Of a stretch of 64,000 bases of DNA, positions 57,071 to 64,000 are shown in pieces. Both the position numbers and the translations under genes were made by a program. Numbering within the stretch: the first letter of the stretch is position 1; every line of letters starts with the position of its first letter. Below the pieces are notes generated by a model. That model worked only from the letters and a program-made list of their open reading frames with translations, made no database searches and had not been told where the DNA came from. Origin of the DNA: Octopus sinensis. Taxonomy: Eukaryota. The stretch spans positions 16,492,001 to 16,556,000 of the forward strand of contig NC_043008.1 of the NCBI RefSeq assembly GCF_006345805.1. The letters are read 5' to 3'.

Positions 57071-57757
57071 GTAAGTTTATATAATTGCATATATGCATTC
57101 TAACATACATATATGTGTATGTATATAAGTATTACGTATATATTGTTTCGTACATATGTGCCTATGTCTGAATGTAAAAGAACAAAGGAAGTAATTTATA
57201 ATGTACATTTTCCTACAAAAAAAATTTCCAAAGGTAATAACTCTGAAAATAACGCAAATATCGAAAACAAAAAAAAAGAAATTACAAATGCGGAAACTCT
57301 ACATGTGTATTCCTGAGTATGTGACATTCTATGTGAATAAACGTCTGATTGTATTTCGTGAGGAAATTTTCTTTTACATGTTTCTTGTTAACCTGAAGTT
57401 CTGGAAGAAGTCATTTACTAAATGTTACACGAAATTGGTTGCACGTCTTATATAAAAGCTCATATATAGAAACTATTGTGATGGGCGCTTGGATTGAAAT
57501 TGAATGAAATTACATGATATGGGATGGGAATCCGGGCGCCCATGGCATACGACGATCATCTGTTATGATCTATGTGTTTGCTATATGTACCATGCTCCTA
57601 CAAGAGAGGATATCTCAATGCGTGTAACGCTGCCTTCGGTGTTCTAACAAGACATCCGTTAAGTTGGGTACAAAGATCACCTTTTGGTAACAGAGATACT
57701 TCTGTCACTAAAAACTAATATAATTACATATACATATATATTTGTTATGTATAGACG

Positions 57758-57912
57758 TAGGAGTGGTTGTGTGGTGAGTAGCTTGCTCATGAACCACATA
57801 GTTCCGGGTTCAGTCCCACTGCGTGGCTCCTTGGGGAAGTGTCTTATACAGTAGCATGGCACCGACCAAAGACGTACGAGTGTATTTGGTCGACTGAAAA
57901 AAGTCCTTCACA

Positions 57913-57971
<59 letters not shown>

Positions 57972-58120
57972 GTGTCTGTGTATATTTCTTTGTCAGTGTT
58001 TGTCCCCACCAGCATCGCTTGACAACCGATGCTGCTGTGTTTACGTCCCCGTAACTTAGCGGTTTGGTAAAAGAGACCGATAGAATAAGTACTAGTCTTA
58101 CAAAGAATAAGTCCTGGGTC
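57758..58120 (+). mobile_element. family B SINE, 3' truncated
   Basis: taggagtggttgtgtggtgagtagc...ggttcagtcccactgcgtggc...gaataagtcctgggtc. Confidence 0.88.
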
Positions 58121-58891
58121 AGTCTATATACACCCACAAAAACACACGCATATGTGACATGATTTTGATCCAGCATGTCACTACCATTTTACAGAGATAA
58201 CTTCCACTTTCGGGAAATCTGTCTACTACTTTTTGTAGAGTGACCAACAGGGCAAATTCATTTTCATTGGCTGCAATACAATGTTGCTTCTTGGCAGGCC
58301 TACTAACACAAATTGTTAAATGAGTGGAAGTTAATTTCTTTATTGTATACGGAAAACAATACGTTCAAATATATAACTATCAAAATAATTAACTACATAG
58401 TAATCAGCCAAAATTTATATAGAACTGGACAGATAATTTGGAGAGACATATGTCTGAAGCGATTTTATCTATGTTATTAATTTTCAGGATATTTATAGAA
58501 ACTGCAGCAAAGTTGTCGATTATAGTCGATAATAATGAAGTATCCATTACTTTAAATTTCTTAATTAACCTATAGTTTAGAAAAACACTGTACATACTAG
58601 GGAGGTTCATGATTCTGTCATTAATAAATTCATATTGTGTTCTAAATTGTCTGTATCAATTCTATAGAAAAATCATTCTGAAATAATTATAGTTTTATAC
58701 CTCTGGAGATCAACAACATTTCAAACAATATTTATTACAATCGCCTTTAGAAAAAGACAAGATGTGTTCTGAAGTGTAACGTATATGTTATTATACAAAA
58801 ACAAAATATATCATGCATATGAATGTGAATAATGACAAATACATACCTATATAAATACCCGCTTCGCTCTGTCTCTCTCACACACAGATAC

Positions 58892-58932
<41 letters not shown>

Positions 58933-61900
58933 CAGAAAGAGACTGATAGAGACAGAGAGACAAAGAGATATTGATACAAATATAGTTATTTATTAAAATA
59001 GTAAGGCGGCAGACTCCATACAATACGAACAATAAATAAATTTGATAACCTTTATATCAGAAATGAATACTCATGAAATATTATTTAAATCACAAACGAG
59101 CCGTGTTAGTCAGGCTGCTGAGTACCACATCGCGTTATCATAGCAATCTGCGAAAGGGTACTCGGAGTAGTCACTGAGGTCATAGTGGAGTTGGCGGAAG
59201 TAGGGAGAATCGGATGGTAGCAGTCGTTTTGGAACTATCACTATTGAAACTAGCGACGGTGGTGACAGTCAATAACAGTTGGTGTAGAGGTGATATTGGT
59301 CGTTGCTGTAATGAATTCGACGACGAAATCATTACAGTATATATACGGTTTTCTGTCATCTGAAATGAGGTAACTGGTTTAGTTATAAAATTTTTATTTT
59401 CTGTGATAACATAAATTGCTACCGAGTGCTCTTTCTCCCGATCATTGGGACTACTTGTGGCGACGAAAAATAGAAATATCACCCGTTATAAATACACGTT
59501 AGTATATATGTATAAATATATTTATACATATGCATCGTTTTGATACCAAATTTTAATTGGAATATATAGCCATCACTTTTGGAATATTGTGAAATATATG
59601 ATTAATATTATGAATAATCTACGTTAATGTTGACTTGTGAGATCTATGCAGAGCAGTAAAATTAAGTTTTGAATATTGAAGAATACAATCTTGCCATTAT
59701 AAGCTCGTATAATCTCATGATCAAATGTATTGAGTATCAATCAATTTGATGTTAATCTTTTCAAATCAAAGACTTATTGATATCGAATATTCCACACTAG
59801 AATCTAAAATTCTGTAATTAATACTCTGAAGAAAAATAAAATTCTTTACACTGTTGCTTTGTGTCGTTAATCCTAATTTAATACTACTCCCCTAAAGCAC
59901 ATTTAATATTTAATTCTTTCTGTTTGCACATTACTGCATGAATTAACTGATTTATTTCAGATATTTTCTACGGGTGGGATTTTAAGTTTGACTAATATGT
60001 GGAAGTTGATTGCTCACTGTTCAAGGTTCCTACACGTATGTATGCTTTATACCAATACTAGGTTAACATGAGTCATTGACATCAGAGTGCTGAAATACAC
60101 CGCTTAAAATACCTGCATTAATTAAATTTTGTATAACTCATCATTATTATTACTTGGGTATGACTTGAAGCTGAATCCGATAGTTGGAATATGCTTCGAA
60201 GTGTTGAGGAGCCTGGAATCACTTATTACTATTTTTCTCAGGCCTCTTCTGACCCAAATTTGTAGCTTTTTTCATGACAGGTTAACTAACATGTACCAAT
60301 CGAGCCACAGTTTGTTGAGATCACGGACAATGAGAATTATTTCAGCAGATGAACATAATGTATTAATTACTAATATCACTAGAAGTTGCAAGGACGAAGA
60401 AATAATGAATTATCAACAGCCAGGTCAACCAGTTCAGTTAGGGAGCTACTGGTGACATCTGTATTCGTGGCGCCCACAGATGAGACATTTCAGTCAGCGA
60501 AAGACAAATACGACCAAAGTCTCGGCGAGACGTCTATGACATATCGCTCAAATTGGATATCTTACGTAACTGAATTGAACTGGTCCGAAAAAGCCACCCG
60601 ACGAGATCGATTGATTAACTAACTGATTGATTTATTGGCCGATCGATTGATTGATTGATTCCTTTTTTAATTACAGATTATTACCACCTTGAACTAGTGA
60701 GGCTACAAAATTTTTAAGGTAATATAGTTTTCTTGCCGGTTTAATGTGCTTCTTTTCCATACTGTAATAAACTTAGCCTAATTATAATGCTAATAAACTT
60801 AGCCTAATTACAATGCATATGTATTGGCTTTTACTTTTCCAAAATTATAGGTACTTCAGAAATTAAAAACGTAATAATAAAATTAAAAAAATATGCCCAT
60901 TGTTTTTAAACGCATTTGATATTTTGTCTAAGTTGAATCGATATCACGATTGTCAAGTAGTCTCTAATTTAGGTGTTAACATCATTATATTTACATTACA
61001 GCGGGGCTAGTATTTCAACTTGGTAATAATTCATTCGTAGATAACGCCACATAATACCAGGAGACAGTTGTATACTTTGGTTATAATGTATCCCACAATT
61101 TTATCCAATCAAACTGAGAGAAATGTTTCAATGCTCGATTATAAATAATTTACTCTTGAAAAGAATTGATATCTGGTAAAAGGAAAGTATTAAACTTGAA
61201 AAATCACATATCAAGAGCAAACTAGAGCCTAGTTCAATTGAAGTGGACACATTTTGTTTAGCGGGGTAACAATTCTACCATCTAACCACATTGAGAAATT
61301 AATACAACTGTAGAATTTTCTATGGAAAATTTTGCAGTAATCATGGTAAAATTAAAAATAACGGCTATACATGCATATTATTATAACAGTGGAATGGTAT
61401 AGGTAGAGAAAAGAGCAATGGAATAAAAAAGAAAAGACATGCTTCTGATAAAAGAATGGTGAAAAAGAGCCGATTATTTTTGTAGTCATGTAGAAAAACA
61501 TTTCGAATTTCGAAAATGCCTACAAAATACTCTATCTAAGTTTGGCGACTGATTTAGTAACAAAAGTATTGAAATAAAGGAAATAATATGTCTAATGCAA
61601 TCAATCTAAATTTAGTAGATGAAAGATGTAGGGAAGAAAATGTAACAGAAAAATAATATGTTTTACGCTAAAACATGCTTATACCATAATCTCAAAACTA
61701 AAGAATTTCGATAAATTGGCGAGAATGATGAAATGATTCTAAGCTTGGGATTTAAATACCATTTCATATTGTTTGTACGTTAGATGTTTACAGAATGATT
61801 TATGAGTAAAGTGGAAGAGATTAGTCAACATTTAGAAGGTGAAAATAAAGATTTATAATTTGTTATAAAGTATAGGTTTTTTTAATGATTGATACTATTG

Positions 61901-63284
61901 TGTAACTTCTATGATTTGCATGCGATTCTATTTCAGTATATACTCTTATGGGAAACCATATGTTTTTGCCTTACGTTTAGAAATATTCCAATCACTCGTA
62001 CGTTACAATTACCACACATTTTATGAATATTTAACAAAAACATCTCTTCCGAAATTCAACAAATCTTTTTATATTGCCTTAATTATTTTAATGAACTTTT
62101 ATTTCACCGCAGGTTTAGGATGATACGTAAACAATTTGCAAACTCAGCAGTATTGGAACTGCTAATTCCAAAACAAATATCCACTATTCAACTTTGCAGT
62201 TCCTAGATTTGCCAAAATGTTTCTCTTTATTGTAGTATCATTACCCCCAACAACGTAAGTACTACAAAATCTCTAATCAAAACAGTATGGCAAATTCTTT
62301 CATCAACTGCAGTTAATTTTTACGCAGTGAAGTAGATATATATACAGTGTATCTCCAATTAGAGTTTTGTGAAATATTCTATAATGAAACTACTATAACT
62401 ATTGTTATTTTAAATCATCAAATTGTTAAATGTTGAATTTTCCTTTAGCAAAACAAACATGCTGGAATGAACAAAAACACTCACAAGCTTCACACCGATA
62501 TGCAATAAAATTTTCAAACATTGTTAATTCTACGAAATTCAATTAAGCAAAGTAATTAATCTTGATATATCAGCCTAAACTTATTAGAAATCCGTTATCC
62601 TAGATTAGGCTAGTTGTATGTCAATGAATTGATCGGATATTTGCCCAGAATAACTTGACAAACTATTCAATCATTTTTTTTTGTGTTAAATGTTTTAGCC
62701 TAACAGACAATTGTGTATATAGTAAGAAGAGAACACGTTATAAGACCGTTGTCAAAATATTTTCAATTAAATTCAGATGTTTCTTAACGTAAAATTACTG
62801 CTGAGAGGATATCAAGATCGTCTAACTGTCTTCTGTGACGGGAGAACTGCTAGAAGGAAGAGTTTAAATGGTATTTGAAACAGAGAATACATTCGATTGG
62901 CAAAAATAAGTAGTGGACTTAATAAAATTTGATATATAATAATGTATTTTTAATGTAAATATATGACTATGTACTTGGATTAATTGTTTAAAAACCCACA
63001 TGCATTGCGTTCTAAAATGACTTTGTTACTGAATTTCGCGATTTTCACTTTCTGACATTTAAGTGTGTCCCAAAAGCAGATCTTTTCGCTTTGAGCGGCA
63101 GATTTTTAATATAATTTCTTTGTAACTAAACACTTTTAAACTTAGTATACTGGTAGAATGTGTTTATAAAACATCTTTTTCTCTTGGATTTCTTGAGAAA
63201 ATTCTGTAGTTTGTAAGCTATTTGTTCTTTAATTTCTTGCACTTCGGCAAATTCAACCAATCAATGACGTCTATTGAGGAGAAT

Positions 63285-63784
63285 TCAAACGGAATTTGAA
63301 CTCAGAACGTAAAGACAGACGAAATACAGCTAAGCATTTCACCGGCGTACTAACATTTCTTATTTCTTATTCCTTTATTGCACACAAGCGGCTAAACATA
63401 GAGGGGACAAACAAGAACAGACAAATGGACTAAGCCGATTATATCGACTCCAATGTGTAACTGGTACTTAATTTATCGACACCGAATGGATGAAAGGTAA
63501 AGTCGACCTCGGCGGAATTTGAACTCAGAACGTAACGGCAGCCGAAATGCCTATTTCTTTACTACCCACAAGGGGCTAAACACAGAGGGGAAAAACAAGG
63601 ACAGATAAACGGATTACGTCAATTACATCGACTCCAGTGCGTAACTGGTACTTAATTTATCGACACCGAAATGACGAAAGGCGAAGTCGACGTCGGCGGA
63701 ATTTGAACGCAGAACGTAAAGACAGACGGAATACAGGTAAGCATTTCGCCCGGCGTGTTTAACGTTTCTGCCAGCTCGCCGCCT
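63285..63784 (-). mobile_element. stack of three family C SINE units
   Basis: Three successive ggaatttgaac(t/g)cagaacgta motifs. One intact head ends at 63784. Confidence 0.88.
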
Positions 63785-64000
63785 TTGTGAATATTTATAT
63801 TTTCATATTCATAGACGCGTGTATGTACATGTGTGCATAGTTTCTGAAGCGATAGGTAATTTCTTAATACTCTCTTTATATACAATAATTGCACACGTGA
63901 AAATCGAATTATTTTGCTATCTCCAATTTCTGTGTTTATCTACTATTATAGCAATCTTTTGTGATAGCATCGTAGAAAGCATATTTCTTCCAACTACACA

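Noticed and set aside
59180-59482. 100-aa minus ORF with a DRE motif (cadherin-like?)
   Set aside because: It lacks the other cadherin motifs (PE, DxD, DxNDN).
62113-62254. Strong acceptor (tttcaccgcag) and donor (gtaagt) pair
   Set aside because: All three frames contain stops, so it is not an internal coding exon. A non-coding exon cannot be excluded.

Overview
AT-rich, microsatellite-saturated eukaryotic DNA, apparently intergenic or intronic. It is most likely from an octopus; this is an inference from three tRNA-headed SINE families resembling the octopus OK/OR1/OR2 set and from the (TA)n/(TATC)n/(ATT)n density. No protein-coding gene can be identified with confidence, and most ORFs in the track are translations of microsatellites or SINEs. 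Supported features: many SINE copies, several full length with 12-15 bp target-site duplications; a decayed CR1-type LINE 3' fragment; two weaker LINE relics; a diverged 5S rRNA copy directly upstream of a SINE; and two near-identical tandem duplications (about 2.07 kb and 1.62 kb) whose breakpoints lie in (TA)n tracts. The window also holds several fold-back structures. The most interesting signals are a hammerhead-ribozyme-like core between perfect 93-bp inverted repeats (Penelope-like pLTR hypothesis), an indel-free 101-bp-arm hairpin and a pre-miRNA-sized hairpin. All were read by eye; no database search or folding computation was run.
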